The notes: generated by a model not told the origin, from the sequence alone. DNA of 64,000 nucleotides, filler included, from Corallochytrium limacisporum Hawaii (GCA_002811645.1; 10 parts of 10 records of this genome joined end to end with filler, not necessarily neighbours in it); one strand, 5' to 3'; positions 33,544-46,968 are shown, counted from the whole stretch's first letter. Numbers and translations are program-made.

Positions 33544-36500
33544 GTTTTACGTTTGCGTGAGCCTGATTTTGAGCATATGTGCTGCCGCAGAACAATCTGT
33601 TCAGAATAGTATAACACATCATGTACAGACAGGTCGGTCATGTGCGGCATTTGAAGGTTCATAAATACCCTATCACATTGGTAACAACGTTTTAATTTAC
33701 ATAGTGAGCCATATAAGCAGCTCTGAATCGTGTATTCACATGAAGACTTCTCGACTTAACAGGGTCAAGCCCTTCCGCACCACCTAGCTATCGTCACCTC
33801 CCAAAAATCCCCCCCCCNNNNNNNNNNNNNNNNNNNNNNNNNNNNNNNNNNNNNNNNNNNNNNNNNNNNNNNNNNNNNNNNNNNNNNNNNNNNNNNNNNN
33901 NNNNNNNNNNNNNNNNNNNNNNNNNNNNNNNNNNNNNNNNNNNNNNNNNNNNNNNNNNNNNNNNNNNNNNNNNNNNNNNNNNNNNNNNNNNNNNNNNNNN
34001 NNNNNNNNNNNNNNNNNNNNNNNNNNCCCCCCCCCCCCCCCACCCTCGCTCCTGTCTACCACCGCTTCTGTTCCATCCTTGCTACCGACCGGCACCTGTG
34101 CTTGTACTGTGGGCTTGCATACTTCAGTGTCCATTGCAATCCTGGCCAACTCTCCCCCCTCCGCGAGCCTACCTGTCTCTCTGCCCGTCTGTCTTGGCTG
34201 CCCTATCGATGTTAGTGATCGAAATTTTGGTCCACGCACTGTATATTTTTTTTCTCATATTCACGTAAGCTGTGCCGTAGTATAATACTTATGGAAGGCA
34301 GTGAGATACTCGACAGGAAATTAGGGAAAGTAGCTACCAAATTGATATGGTGCTGCATCATCATGAGCGTGTAATTTGGGATCGAGTGCTGACGGCCTCT
34401 ACTACAACCGCAACGGAATGTAACAGCGAATTACCACGGAAAGCAAACAAACTGCTCCAAAACCGAATGCGATCACTGTAGGTGGGTTTCTAAGCCGTAG
34501 GTGATCTGCTGTCCCTTGCGTGCAGAGCAGCAAGCGCCGCGACCGAACATATGAGCGACAATTAAGTACCGGGCCCACCTTTGGGAGCTAGTAAACTTTT
34601 ATTGGGTTTAGACGAGCGATACGTGTGCGCGGTTGCAAAGGCGGGTTTCTGACAACCGTTTCTATTGCATTCCTCTTCTCTACAACCCCAATGGCAACTA
34701 CCGTGTAATCTTGTCCACGGTCGGGATATTTGCAGTGCGTAAATGTCTCAGGTGGCGGCTGTATGTGATTTCCCGCGCTGGGTAGAGTTTCTTACAAAAG
34801 GTTCTTTGTCGGTTTGGGGAGGGCGGGAGGGCGCCTTGTCGTGTTGACATCCTCTCGTTTGCTTCAACGAGAACACGGTCGATGCGCAAAGCCAATGTGG
34901 TCATGGGAGTCGTTCTGCAAAGGAAGAAATTCTTTCATAGAAGACAAGCGTGTACCCATAGTTGTTCACGGATCTTGTTTCGCAATACTATGCATTTCGA
35001 AATCTAGCGACTAAGGTAATGCCATCGGATTGTAAACTTCAAATACCATTTCAAGTCCAACTTGGCAAACCCGCCGAAAGTGACAAGCCTCTTGGCATCA
35101 GCAGTGAAGATGTGTCATTTGCCAGGACAAGGCACTGAGGTGAGATCCATGACGAATGATTGGCATGCATCCGCTGCTCTGCGCACGGCGGCTCCCCCCG
35201 GGCTCGGCCCTCCCACCTCATTATTTTCGCAAGCTGGCACAATTGCGGTACAAGATACGCCCGCGGTTTCGTCGGCAGCACTGGAGAACCCTACGAAAAT
35301 ACTTCCCTTCCTGCCGTCTCCTTTTTCTTTCGCAGTTTTCCTTCGGCCAAGGTGGGAGAGAAAGACGGCTTCTTACTCTTGAATGTTTTTTTTCTTCACC
35401 AAAAAGTGGTCGCTTACTAGGAGTTGTGCGGGAAAGGGGTCAGCAACTCGATCAGTTTAAGTACCAAATCCGGGGACGATAGAGATTTTTCGCGTACCAC
35501 CAAGAATTCGTACCGGACATCAAAGCTCCGGCAAATTGCGAACGTACCTGCAAATAGCGCAGGGTAAACTGTCTGTGACGGTGAAACGGGAAGTCATGGA
35601 CCCTCTTTTCCAAATGAAGTGCAAGGGAGATGTGCCGTAGGAGGAGCCGTGTAATAAAAAACAAACAAAACGGAAATGGCATCTCTCAGCCACTGTTGAT
35701 TGTTCCCTTGATAGGGGGAGGGCCACATAGTCATAAGGTCGTAGTCGCCCGGGGAAAAGGGAGGGGGGCGTCCCAACCCGATTGACCGTGGTAGGGAGTC
35801 GAAACAGCCGTCGCGCGGGTACTTGAACGTAGGTGTTACCCGGGCATCGTATAGGGTGGTAGTTGCTTTTATTGATGTGGTTATAAGCATGCCCAGGAAA
35901 CCAGTCATCTATGATCAATGAGATGCTGGCGGAAACTTCCCCATTTTGTTAGGCTTGGAATCTCGTGTAACGAAGGCCACCCGCGCGTACGCATCTTTGA
36001 GAGATGGCCTGACTCGCTGTGGGGCCCATTTGTCTTACCACCTCCAGGCTCTTCGAGGGCACTCATTGGGGGCACGGGCCCTCGCTTTAGCTTCGCTGTT
36101 CAATAGTAAATGTATGATAAACGTTTTACCTTGTCTTCGCCTCAAAGAGTGCTTCATGACGTCAGCATCCCTCCTGCACATCCTTCCAATTCCCTGGGTG
36201 GGGGACCTGATGCGGTACATTCGTTACCCAATACACAGAGCTGCAAGGCCTTGGGTGATCAAAGTAGTCACAGAAAACAGAGCTGACCGGTGTACCACCG
36301 TACCTATCTTGTCATTTCGAGAGCCCCAGCCACATCGTGATGTGCAAAGCTTGGTGGTAGTTCTGTCGAAAATGAACTTTCTGTTTCCATGCTTGTGTCT
36401 CTATGACGGCTTGACCACTCCGCAGTGGAAAGCAGTTCTTCCATTAGGAGCACGTTGGCCATTGAACCGCAAAAGATACAAGGAAGTCGCCAACGAGAAG

Positions 36501-37505
36501 CTGACGCGCCCCTTTGCGAAACCCAAGGTTGCATTGACCTTCGCAGTGACCTCGTGCCTCCTTGGGCCTAATGAAGGTACTGGTTCCATCACTTCTGTCG
36601 GACCATCCCTAAGGGTCGTATGATCGTCTACGTGGTTCTCGAAACCGAGCACCCAAGTGCTGGGGATTTACCCTCCTTACTTATTCTGTTCTGGTTGTAC
36701 TTCCAACCAAAGCCGTAGAGGGATACCAGTTTGGAATTAGTCAGCAATGGCTTCCGAAATGTGTCGGGAACGGTCAGGAGATTATCTTACTGCGGACCCC
36801 AGCAAACGCACTGTGAGAGCTCTCTCTTTGAAATAAGTCGCAGGGGAGGGGCGCGGAAGGGGGGAAGAAAATTTCTCTTCGATCTCCGCGATTCTCCGAG
36901 GATACCGGTCCTCGCTGTGCGGAGGAGTATTCGCGTGTGTGTGTGTGTGCGTGTGTGTGTTGTATTTTTCCCTTTGCGTCAGAACGAAAGAATCATCCGG
37001 GTGGGCGGTCATGGAAAGACGTGTATATAGGCTGGGAATGGAAAGCGAAACGAACAGGCTTCCAGAATAGAATGGGGTGTGGGGGGAGGGATCAGAGTCA
37101 TGAGAGATTTCCGCCATCGCCATGCTGTAACAAATGTGTGGGGCCATCCCTGGCTCTCTCTCGCGCCTATGCAATTCCGCACGGCACAGACCGTCTGCGT
37201 CAAGAGTAAATCACCGATGCGTGAGCACCAGATCTGTATTCGACATAGTCTGTGGACGGGGAAATCCGTCTCTTGTTGGGCCTAACGTGGATATGGGGTC
37301 GAAGCTTACACGCCTGGATTCGTATCAGAAGACTGCTTTGTCTTCAGTGACGTGACTCTGCGAAGACTGTCCTTCTTAGACGGTACATTCAGTTGAGGTA
37401 CTTAAGATTTTGCGATCGTAGATACCCAGACGCTGCTGAACCTCTTTGGTGAGGGACCAATCGATCGCAACTCGAAGTCAGTTGACCACGAACCACAAAA
37501 CCATA

Positions 37506-38732
37506 ATGGTACCCAATATTGCCACTCTATCCCTTCAGCAGGCACAGGCAGACCCTGCCCAGTTTGCCACGCTGGCCAAGGTGGACGAAGATGCAAGAAC
37601 ACTCTTCAACCCGGTGAAGATTGGGGATTTTGAGCTATCTAACCGCACGGTGTATGCCCCCCTGACCCGCTGCCGTGCTGATCCTGAGACTTTGGTCCAG
37701 GGGGACCTTAACGTTGAGTATTACAAGCAGCGGGCCACCAAAGGCTCCCTGTTGATCACTGAGGGAACCATTGTCGAACGTCGAGCCCAAGGCTACCCCG
37801 CCACACCTGGCATTTTCAACGATGACCAGGTGCAGGGTTGGAAGAAGATTGTAGACGCCGTCCACGGAAAGGGCGCTGTCATGGTTATGCAGCTGTGGCA
37901 CTGTGGCCGCGCTGCCCACTCATTCTTCACAAAGGGAGAGACTATCCTCAGTGCATCCGATGTACCCTTGAAGGATGATGTCTACACCCCCGATGGCATG
38001 AAGACTCCAGACACACCGCGTCCTATGACGAAGGAAGACCTTGAGGCTGTGAAGGAGAGCTTCCGTCTTGGGGCACAGAATGCCAAGAAAGCTGGTTTTG
38101 ATGGCGTTGAGATCCACAATGCTAATGGCTATCTACTGGACCAGTTCTTGCAGGACGTGAGCAACAAACGCACCGATGAGTACGGTGGTTCCATTGAGAA
38201 CCGCATGCGATTCCCTCTAGAGGTTGTTGAATCCGTCTTGGAAGTGTTCCCAGCGTCCAAGGTCGGCATCCGTATCTCACCTTCGTCCAAATTCCTGGAC
38301 ATGGGAGACAGCAACCCTGAGGAACTGTTTTCTGCTTACGTCAAGGCTCTGGACAAATACGGTCTGGCGTATATTCATGTTGTAGAGCCCCGAATTGCTG
38401 GAAGCAATGAGCTCGAAGGGGAGCCTGAGGTCAACATTGGGTCTGAGGTACTATCAAAGTACACATCCAGTGCCATCATTGCTGCCGGTGGCTACAAGAA
38501 AGAATCTGCTGCTGAAGTCCTGCGGGAGAATGATAAAGTCAAGGGCATTGCTTTCGGTCGCTGGTACCTTGCCAATCCAGACTTCTTGCTGCGTCTTGCG
38601 ATGAAGGAAGCTCCTCTGAACAAGTACAATCGAGACCTTTTCTATGCTCCCTGTCCGGAGGGATATATCGACTATCCGTACTTGAAGGAGGACGAGGTAC
38701 CCTCCGAGTTCAAGGACATCCTCAGCGCTTGA
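37506..38732 (+). CDS. Old Yellow Enzyme / NADH:flavin oxidoreductase (classical OYE/NemA type)
   Basis: YAPLTRCR, EYYKQRA, QLWHCGR, AGFDGVEIHNANGYLLDQFL, NKRTDEYGGSIENRMRF, FGRWYLANPD, GYIDYP. Confidence 0.95.
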   Translation: MVPNIATLSLQQAQADPAQFATLAKVDEDARTLFNPVKIGDFELSNRTVYAPLTRCRADPETLVQGDLNVEYYKQRATKGSLLITEGTIVERRAQGYPATPGIFNDDQVQGWKKIVDAVHGKGAVMVMQLWHCGRAAHSFFTKGETILSASDVPLKDDVYTPDGMKTPDTPRPMTKEDLEAVKESFRLGAQNAKKAGFDGVEIHNANGYLLDQFLQDVSNKRTDEYGGSIENRMRFPLEVVESVLEVFPASKVGIRISPSSKFLDMGDSNPEELFSAYVKALDKYGLAYIHVVEPRIAGSNELEGEPEVNIGSEVLSKYTSSAIIAAGGYKKESAAEVLRENDKVKGIAFGRWYLANPDFLLRLAMKEAPLNKYNRDLFYAPCPEGYIDYPYLKEDEVPSEFKDILSA

Positions 38733-40618
38733 ACAGGAAAAGCATAGGTCATTGCCCGGCATCGTCCACATCATATTTTGTAATATAGACCTTAGAAAGT
38801 GTCAAGAACAATATGTCCACAGTATGCGACATAGTATGTGATTACACTCACCATTGATCTTCATAATTGCATTTCCATGGGCATGGATAATGCCCAACGA
38901 TGGCCTTCGCTCCACCTTCGTTTGCAGTAGATCCATGGAAGGTCTCCCGACCACAATGACAGGAGTTCCATTCTGGACATCGTTCTTTGGAGTTCTCCAG
39001 GGGTTGATGGCCGGTAGGTGGAAGTTTCGTATTTGAACATTCCCTCACTGGGTGTATATTCGTTTTGGTGCAGTCTAGAGTTCAAAAATATTTTCTAGTG
39101 TCCACTGCGCTCTCGAATCTCTTCCACCGTTTGCAAAAATTGTTCTTCCCCAACAAAAATCCCCTCGGCAGCCTTAGATACACCACCTTTTCTCCATAGA
39201 TTTCCTTGATCTGAGCCACACATAACCCCTTGCCTCGACGACTTTCCTAAGCGGTCACCTTTCTGAACCGATACGGAGAGAGCGCGAAGGGGAGAGGATG
39301 GGTGGGGGTGGGGCAGGTAGAGGTAGTCAGTGGCAAAAAAATACTTAAACTGCGTTTTTCATGCTGGAAGTGCGCAGTCCGTCATAGCCGACGACGCTCA
39401 ACGTCCGGAAAAGGAAAAGGTCACCACCGGACCCGAGAACCCTTCCGGTAGAGTAGCGGACTCGAATGCTCCCTAATTTAAGTACTGAATGTTCTTCGAA
39501 TGTATTTTTTGGTGGGCCTGCACCAGCCAGCGGGGTTAAGGTACCCTCCAAGATGGAGGAAGCGAATTCGAAGGTATTACAGTGACGGGACCCGTTGCTG
39601 GCAGGCACCCTACACGAATGAAAATTTTCAGAGGGGGGGGTTTGCCCAACTATCGATCTCTTAGGATGTTGCTGCAGAACAATGCGCATCTGTCCGGGAG
39701 GGCGGGTTTGTACTCGCATCAAAACAAGTATGGGGTCCCGTTTTTTTTTTCATGGGCTATACTTTTATGTTGGGCCGATGGTATTGACACAACCTGCCCG
39801 CAATGGTAGAGGAGGGTAATTCCTAAGTGGAGAGTACGGTAGGACAGTGCAACCCGTCCCATAGATCTCTCAAGGGCTGCAGATTGCTTTGATTTAGATT
39901 CACACACTCACTATGGACTTCAGAATAATCGATGGTATCACCGCGTCTGGGCACAACAACGAGCCACGCGTTCCGCACCACAAAGGCTTCCAGGGAAGAT
40001 TCATATGAAGACTGGGGTCTATCCCTAAAGTACTGCAACTGTGGCACTAATTCCACTGCCGATCCGCAAACCTGAAATCATCATTTTTCTCATGGTCAAA
40101 ATCGAGAGTATTTAAGGTGGGAGAATGTGCGAGGAATGCGAATACAATTTGTATGGGAACTGTTCCTTGCACCCTTTCTTGGTGCCGCTTCCCGTGCTTT
40201 GGGTGACGTGAGTCGTGAATTCAGTTCGCTCATCAGCAAGGTAAATGCGGACTCCACCACTCCCCCCACCCCCTGGGGGGGGGGCTGGGACTTTTGTGCC
40301 AGTATTGAAGCAGTCCACAATGGCGACCTTGAAGGGGACGGGGGTGAAGTTTCTGTGATCGGACCGCAATGAACGGGTCTAGCAGGGCGCTACCTTTGCC
40401 AAGGCAAATCATCACGGGAGCGATGCTCCCAATCCCGATGGGTTGGATATGGAGAGTCGGCTTACCTAAGGGGAACGGACTCAGTGATAGCCAGTCTGCC
40501 AGCTAGGATCCGTAGTGGTATTTAAGCGTATCAAGGACAAGAGAGAATGTAGAGAACCCAGATTCTCGGTAGTGTGCTCCCATAGAAACTCAATGTATAA
40601 AGCAGTGGCATTGTCATA

Positions 40619-41944
40619 ATGCGTATCACACAGTTGGTGGGTACAGCGGCCCTAGCGAACGCTGGATTGGCCATAAAGGAGTTCGACAAACCAGTCCTTG
40701 CATTTGTTCCCATGTGGCTAGGGCAAGAGGCGCTTGACGCCACAGACTTTGAGCAGATCACACACGCAGCATTCGCTTTCACGTTCCCCAACAAGAACGG
40801 AACCTTGGACAATGCGTACGATGAGTTTGTGGACGAGTTCATCGCCCGGTGTCGCGCTTTCGATGTTGCAGCACTGATCAGTTTTGGAGGTCCCACACGT
40901 GACGAGGCGTTCTTCCCCGTGGCCACCAATGATGCATTACTGGAGAACATCGTGACGGAACTCAGGGACTACGTGGTCGCAAAAGGGTTTGATGGTGTTG
41001 ATGTGGACTGGGAACAGTGGAGGACTGGAGGAGATCCTGAGGCGGTTGCCGATGAAATTGCAGCCTATCTGAAGCTTATGCAAGCTGTCCGTGAGGCCCT
41101 GGGACCCGAAATGATCCTGACCACCGATGTATTTGGCACCAAGCATTTTGGCCAGTATTACCCCGATGAAATGATCCCCCTTGTTGACTACGTGAACGTC
41201 CTGGCCTACGAAATGACCGGAGGATGGCCGACCAGTCCTGTGGCACATCATGCGAACTTCAATGATGTGCTGCGCGCAGTTGACTATTGGCACACTGAGC
41301 GCAATTTGGCCCCAGAGAAGTTCTTGCTTGGCCTTCCAATGTTTGGGAAACATTGGCCAGGGGCTAAAAACATAAACTTCAACGAGGTCATGTGTGCAGA
41401 TCCCAACAATCGCCCCGACCTCGATTCCCTGAATGTCGGCAACCCTGAGTACCAACCAAATGGATTTATCGAGACTCCCGCGCTTATAGCCAAGAAGTTC
41501 AGCGACCCCGCAATGGGTCCTAAGGTCGGTGGGGCCATGATCTGGGAAATCTTCCAGGATTGCCATCCCAATAGTCCCGAGAGCCTGCTTCACGCGGTCA
41601 ATGTGGCAACCAACAATTTCGAGTCATCCAATCCCACTGTGGATTGTTGTGCCCCACGAAACCTACCTGCACGACCGGGCGGTGCACCGTCTACGGAGAC
41701 GAGCTCCACTGATACGGAGCCGACTGAATCCGTCACCACCACATCGGAGGATGAACCGACCGACCAGAACCGTCCCTCCAATGACTCTTCCACTCCGGCT
41801 ACGAGCGGTACTGAATCTCCTTCTGGGGACGTTGGAGGAGGCAGTGGGTCTTCTGACGACAACAACGACGGCGCTGGTCGCCTGGGTGGTTCGAGCGTCA
41901 ATGTCTCCATCGCAATGACGATATTCGTGCTGCTGCTTATCTAG
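40619..41944 (+). CDS. GH18 chitinase-like hydrolase with Ser/Thr stalk and putative GPI signal
   Basis: Signal peptide, ISFGG, catalytic FDGVDVDWE, LLGLPMFG, GGAMIWE, S/T/E-rich linker and hydrophobic C-terminus. Confidence 0.9.
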   Translation: MRITQLVGTAALANAGLAIKEFDKPVLAFVPMWLGQEALDATDFEQITHAAFAFTFPNKNGTLDNAYDEFVDEFIARCRAFDVAALISFGGPTRDEAFFPVATNDALLENIVTELRDYVVAKGFDGVDVDWEQWRTGGDPEAVADEIAAYLKLMQAVREALGPEMILTTDVFGTKHFGQYYPDEMIPLVDYVNVLAYEMTGGWPTSPVAHHANFNDVLRAVDYWHTERNLAPEKFLLGLPMFGKHWPGAKNINFNEVMCADPNNRPDLDSLNVGNPEYQPNGFIETPALIAKKFSDPAMGPKVGGAMIWEIFQDCHPNSPESLLHAVNVATNNFESSNPTVDCCAPRNLPARPGGAPSTETSSTDTEPTESVTTTSEDEPTDQNRPSNDSSTPATSGTESPSGDVGGGSGSSDDNNDGAGRLGGSSVNVSIAMTIFVLLLI

Positions 41945-44900
41945 ATATTGAAACGAGAGAAAGCCATCTGTCTAATGTTCCGTTTGACGTCAAGGATTTC
42001 ATTACATAACTATCGTAATACACTTCGTACGCATGTCACGTTAAGGATAGCGGTGTATTTCTCGTGACTTCGTTTTCGCATCGGTGTGCATACGTCGTTC
42101 GGAATTCCGTCTGCAGGTGTGAGCTGTATTTGTCTGTCTCTTGCGAAACCATAAGACCACTGGGAACATACCTTCCCTGCCGGATGAGCTCACAGCTGTA
42201 AAAGAAAGAGCCAGTTACTCCCCTTTTGCGTGGCACGAGCCACAGTGCGTTCACCACACGACAACGGTGGCCAGGGATGGAAGTAGTTGAGACAAAAATG
42301 GCAGGAAAGGAGGGTACTCAGATTTCTACCTGAAATGGTCTGGCACTTCTATTACCGCACAGTGCACTTGCGCAGGTCTATAGCTGGGTTTATACAGAGG
42401 GGGTTACCTCCGATAGCCTTTGGGCTATTGGATTGATTGGGGCGAGCACATGAAGGCAATGGGCCGTCGCATCAATGAGCATCTGAGATGGACTGCGAAA
42501 GGAGATACCATCTGGTATCTGTTCCATCTCGCCAGTGCGTCGCCTGCTCGGTCGTATGTTAAAAATCCTGCCTTGGTCCTCGTTTCACGTCAATTCCATA
42601 TCTGCGCCACTACTTGCGCACGTTGACATCTAATTTGGACGATGATGGGACTCGCGGTAGTAGTAGATTCCATTCCTAGCTCACAGAACTACCTCTGGTC
42701 AACGTCAGGCAACGGCGGGATGACCGTCACTGTGACGTTCATTTGTGACAGGAGCACATCAGGGGGCTGAAGCATGTGCAGACATGGTAAGCACAACACA
42801 GACGTACTTCACGATCTAATCAAGCCGTTGGACCTATTGTCCGCGACCCGAGTTTTTCGCACATTCAACCAAGAGTGATGTTTATGGTCAGGTCTCTACT
42901 GTGTAGGTTCCTGTCTGCCCTTTTCCTCGTTTCAGGACGACATAGTAGACCTTGAGTCTTCCATGCAGATGTGCGGTCCTGAGGTTGTAAAAGAAAAGGC
43001 TGCGAAGCAGTCGAATTCGACGCAAGGCAGTGACGTCGACCACTGAGAGATGGCACTGTGCACGGAAGATACTAACCCCACCGGGGCTTCTGTGCCAGTG
43101 TCCATAATCCATACCTCAGGCTGTGCGCTGCGACCAGAAGGAACAGTTGCGGGGGCTGCCCGGTTCTCAAGCGGAAAAAAACATACAACTCCGCGCGACG
43201 CCCAAAGTTATTCTTTCTTTCAGAAAACCCTGGCGATCCGACTACGGACTCACGGCAGTACCGCCTCCTCCACAACGGTCTTGGTACTTGCAAAATGGAC
43301 TCCGAGGAGGACCCCACTCCCCCCCAAACGTTCGTCATCAAAGAGCATTCCATCGCGAACGTGCTGAAACGGTGAGATAAAACTTTGCATCATTCCCGTG
43401 CTCTCTCCGCCTCAGTTGTCCACGTGCCACCATCCGTTGGCTACACTATATGCCGCGAACTCTGTTTACTTGGTTTTCTTCCCTCAGAGATGGACGAATG
43501 AATTGAGATAGTCTTGGGTGGCGGGGTTGACACATGTCCACACACGTCGTTAGTTGAGTGTGGTATCATTGACGCCCCCAATGGAAAACTGCAATTCTTC
43601 GTCCTGCCGAGTGTACATCTGTGCACTGTAACCCTCTTTGGTCAAATATGGGATTGGCCAGCCCGGAAGAAATGTGTGTCTGTTATATGAGTCGCCAGTC
43701 AGTAAACCCAGCGAAATGGAACTCTTCCAAAACACCAAAAATTTACATTCAAGTCACCTCATGTGTATATCCCTTCGAAATGTTGCATCGGATTGGAAAG
43801 TTTTTGAGGGTTGCAATTTTACTCCTGCTTGAATCTCCTACCAATTGGTACTATGAAGACTGGCACGTTCGTTATGAGATCTAATTGCGTGGAGGACATC
43901 GACTACTGGAAAAGGGATGTGTCTCCACCTAAGTGTGACAACACAGCAAGCAATGCCGTGGTGGGGTTGTTCTGCCATTAAACGAAGAGCATAATCCCTC
44001 AGATCATTCGTCATTCCAGAGCACTAATTCCGCAATGAACCACTATATTTACATCCCTCTATCACGGGCGTAGCAGAGGTCATGCGGTGTAACTGTCAGC
44101 GCAGGTACCAACTCTACAGCAAAGGATCCGAACTGTCACTATGTTGAAAGATCGTTGGCCATACTAGCTCGCTTTTCGAAGCACAGCCTGCTTTGTGTGC
44201 CGAGGGATATGTAGACATGCGGTCAACAAAGGACGTCTTGTTCATGTTTGTGTGGGCTGCCGCCGATTTAACTGTGCAGCCCTTCATTCTCCATGATCGC
44301 AACGGAGGCCTGGCACAAGGTGTGCAAAGGAGCTGCGAGGTCCGCTACTGTTTTCTTTATTGCAGTGGATCCCTAATAATCCACTGCATTGGCAACACGT
44401 TAGCGCGGCCAAAGAAACTCCCGGTTCTGCTTCTTCTTTGAGCTTCGTATGCTTGTGAATGGCAAAGAGCTAATGAGAGCTCGGAGGTTTCAAGGTTGGT
44501 ATGATTGGTTTGACCAGTCGGCACATCTAGGATTCCATCGGTTGCACTTGAGGTGGCCAGAACGTTCACGCACACTCCCGTTTTCCGCATCAAGTAAGGC
44601 CAAGAATACGTGTGCAAACATGCAGGCTACCAGAATATAACACACTACCGAACAAGGAGGCTACAAGGGTGAGAAGGAAAGAATTGTGGATGTCGAAAAG
44701 GATAGGTGACAAAGAGACCGGTCCATTCTCGGCAATACACCTTAATCTTCACCGCAATATCGTACCCAGGCCGAGTGCCGCTTCCCCTTCCGCCCACACA
44801 CGCCCTACGGAGGTTGTGCCGAAGGGGAGAGCGGAAAGGGGAAAAGGCCGGTCCGCAGAACCACACTGTCTGCCGCAGATTGGATGCATACGCAAATCGG

Positions 44901-45214
44901 TCTGTATCAGTGACCACGTCTGGGAAAATCTTAACAAGGACATTGCATAAAATGACATCAAGAGATTATATGCTTATCGACACCACAACGATTTCTCACT
45001 ACGCAATGATGCAATTCCTGCTCAACGGCTGGTTCTAACCTCTGATCAGATCTGGTTCGGAGGGTATTTAAAGGGCTGTGATCTGACTTCTTATGGCATG
45101 ACAAAGAGAGAAACATTACCAAAGGTGTACAGCTCATGTATCCTGTGCTTACATAAGTGTTCGTGTGACAAGTAGCGCTCATAAATCTGTGCACTTTCAA
45201 GACTGCCATCAAAA

Positions 45215-46366
45215 ATGGTGTCCACTAAGTTTACTACGTTTGCCCTCGCTCTCCTGGCTGGCGCGACCACCGTCACGGCTGCTCCTGTTGAGAGCAAAGG
45301 ACATGGTCATGGTCGTGGTAGCCGACACAACAAGGATTTTCACTTCACTAAGGGTCAGAAGTTTGCCATGGACCTAGAGGACATTGAGGGTGCAGCTCCC
45401 GTGACTCTTGAAGTTGTGAACTCGGATTACCGTTTGAATCTCGGTCCGAGCATTGATGGTTCCGACTTTGCTGGCTGTCTCGTTGAGGCCACAAATGTCG
45501 ATGATGAGAACGATCGTTACGTCTTCTTCAACTGCGATAGTGCGCAAGAAGGATTTAAGCGCGGTGCTGGTGATGCTTTCTCTCTGAGTTTTTCTGGTGA
45601 GAAATTCAAACGCCGCCGCGGCAAGGCCATGCGTGATGAAAAGTTCAAGACCAAGGGAGTCGATCTCGCACTTCCGATCCCTGAAGAGGCATTGCGTCTC
45701 CGTCGCTCCCTTCCAGAGCACGCAATGGAGCGTCGCCAAAATGTTTCATGCACCCCCGGCGTGACCCGTACCATTGCTTTCCTCATGGCCTACGATCAAC
45801 GTCTGATCAATGATATCGGCGGTGGAGAATCAAACACCCAGGCTCAACTGTACAATGCGTTTGCTGTGATTGAAGACATCTTTGACAACACTATTAGTCG
45901 AGGTTATTGGGATTGCAATGTCGTTCCCCGGCTTGACGGATTTGTCTTTGTTCCTCGCTCCTCGCTTACGTATACCACTAACCTTCTCCTAGATTCTTTC
46001 TATGATTGGCACTATGGGGAAATGACCTCGCTGCGAGCCTCATTCCCTGACTATGATCATATCTTGCTCAACACTCCCAATGTCAACTACTCCTACGGAG
46101 GTGTGGCCTACGTGGGCACTTCTTGTGACTATCCCGACTACTCCGTGGGTATTGTTACCCCGTCCACCAGCTTTTCGTCCACCAGCTACGGTCAGGCATT
46201 TGCCCATGAAATGGGCCACAACATGGGCATGCAGCATGACCAATACGGTGATACTACTTGTAATTCTGGCATAATGGACTATGATTTCGCCTACTCCGTA
46301 TTCTACTTTGGTCAGTGCAGCACTACTGAGTCTGAGCCATACATCAGACGTTCCTGTTACAACTAG
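45215..46366 (+). CDS. Secreted reprolysin/M12B-type zinc metalloprotease (pro plus catalytic domains only)
   Basis: Signal peptide, basic processing sites (RLRRS, ERRQ), GGVAYVGTSC, HEMGHNMGMQHD and Met-turn GIMDY. Confidence 0.9.
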   Translation: MVSTKFTTFALALLAGATTVTAAPVESKGHGHGRGSRHNKDFHFTKGQKFAMDLEDIEGAAPVTLEVVNSDYRLNLGPSIDGSDFAGCLVEATNVDDENDRYVFFNCDSAQEGFKRGAGDAFSLSFSGEKFKRRRGKAMRDEKFKTKGVDLALPIPEEALRLRRSLPEHAMERRQNVSCTPGVTRTIAFLMAYDQRLINDIGGGESNTQAQLYNAFAVIEDIFDNTISRGYWDCNVVPRLDGFVFVPRSSLTYTTNLLLDSFYDWHYGEMTSLRASFPDYDHILLNTPNVNYSYGGVAYVGTSCDYPDYSVGIVTPSTSFSSTSYGQAFAHEMGHNMGMQHDQYGDTTCNSGIMDYDFAYSVFYFGQCSTTESEPYIRRSCYN

Positions 46367-46968
46367 GAAACCAGGGTCGTTCTTTGAGCCATGTCTGGTA
46401 TAGTCATGTATAACGACAACAAATACAATTGTATCTAGCTGTATTCGATACAGTACCAAGAGAGTTTGCCCGAAGGTATTTTGACTTCTGCCGGATTGGA
46501 TGTTTTCCTTAAGAAGAATGCACACAGGAGGAGAGACGGAGAACTTGTGAGGTGGGAGGAACCGAAACCATCGGAGGCTCAACGAAATGCTGCTGCATCT
46601 GTCTTTGGACATTCTTGTGTCGATTCCAACGACACGAACACTGCAAGAATACTAGTTTCACCTTCCAACAGCCTTTCCGCCATTTGCCTGCAGGGGAAAG
46701 CCTTCTGGATCCGAAGTGCCTGTTGCGAAGACGGGTCAATCATTGTTCGTAGCGCCGAAGTCGTGTGGATTTAAGAGCTGCCAGTTGCAGTTAGGTGGCA
46801 ATGGAACGACTCCCTTTGAAATGGACGGATTTGGAATTAACAACATTGCGTGGGTGATGGGAATGACAAAACCTGGAGAGGGCCTGGATGTATCTAGTTT
46901 CTCTTGCGGCACATGTCAGTCAGCTTCAGCCCACCATCAGCTTGAAGGACTTCCTTCGAATGTGCGCA

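Noticed and set aside
35946-36652. 225-aa plus-strand ORF and overlapping minus-strand ORFs
   Set aside because: No recognisable domain and no clear coding bias. It may be decayed sequence, but a gene call cannot be supported.
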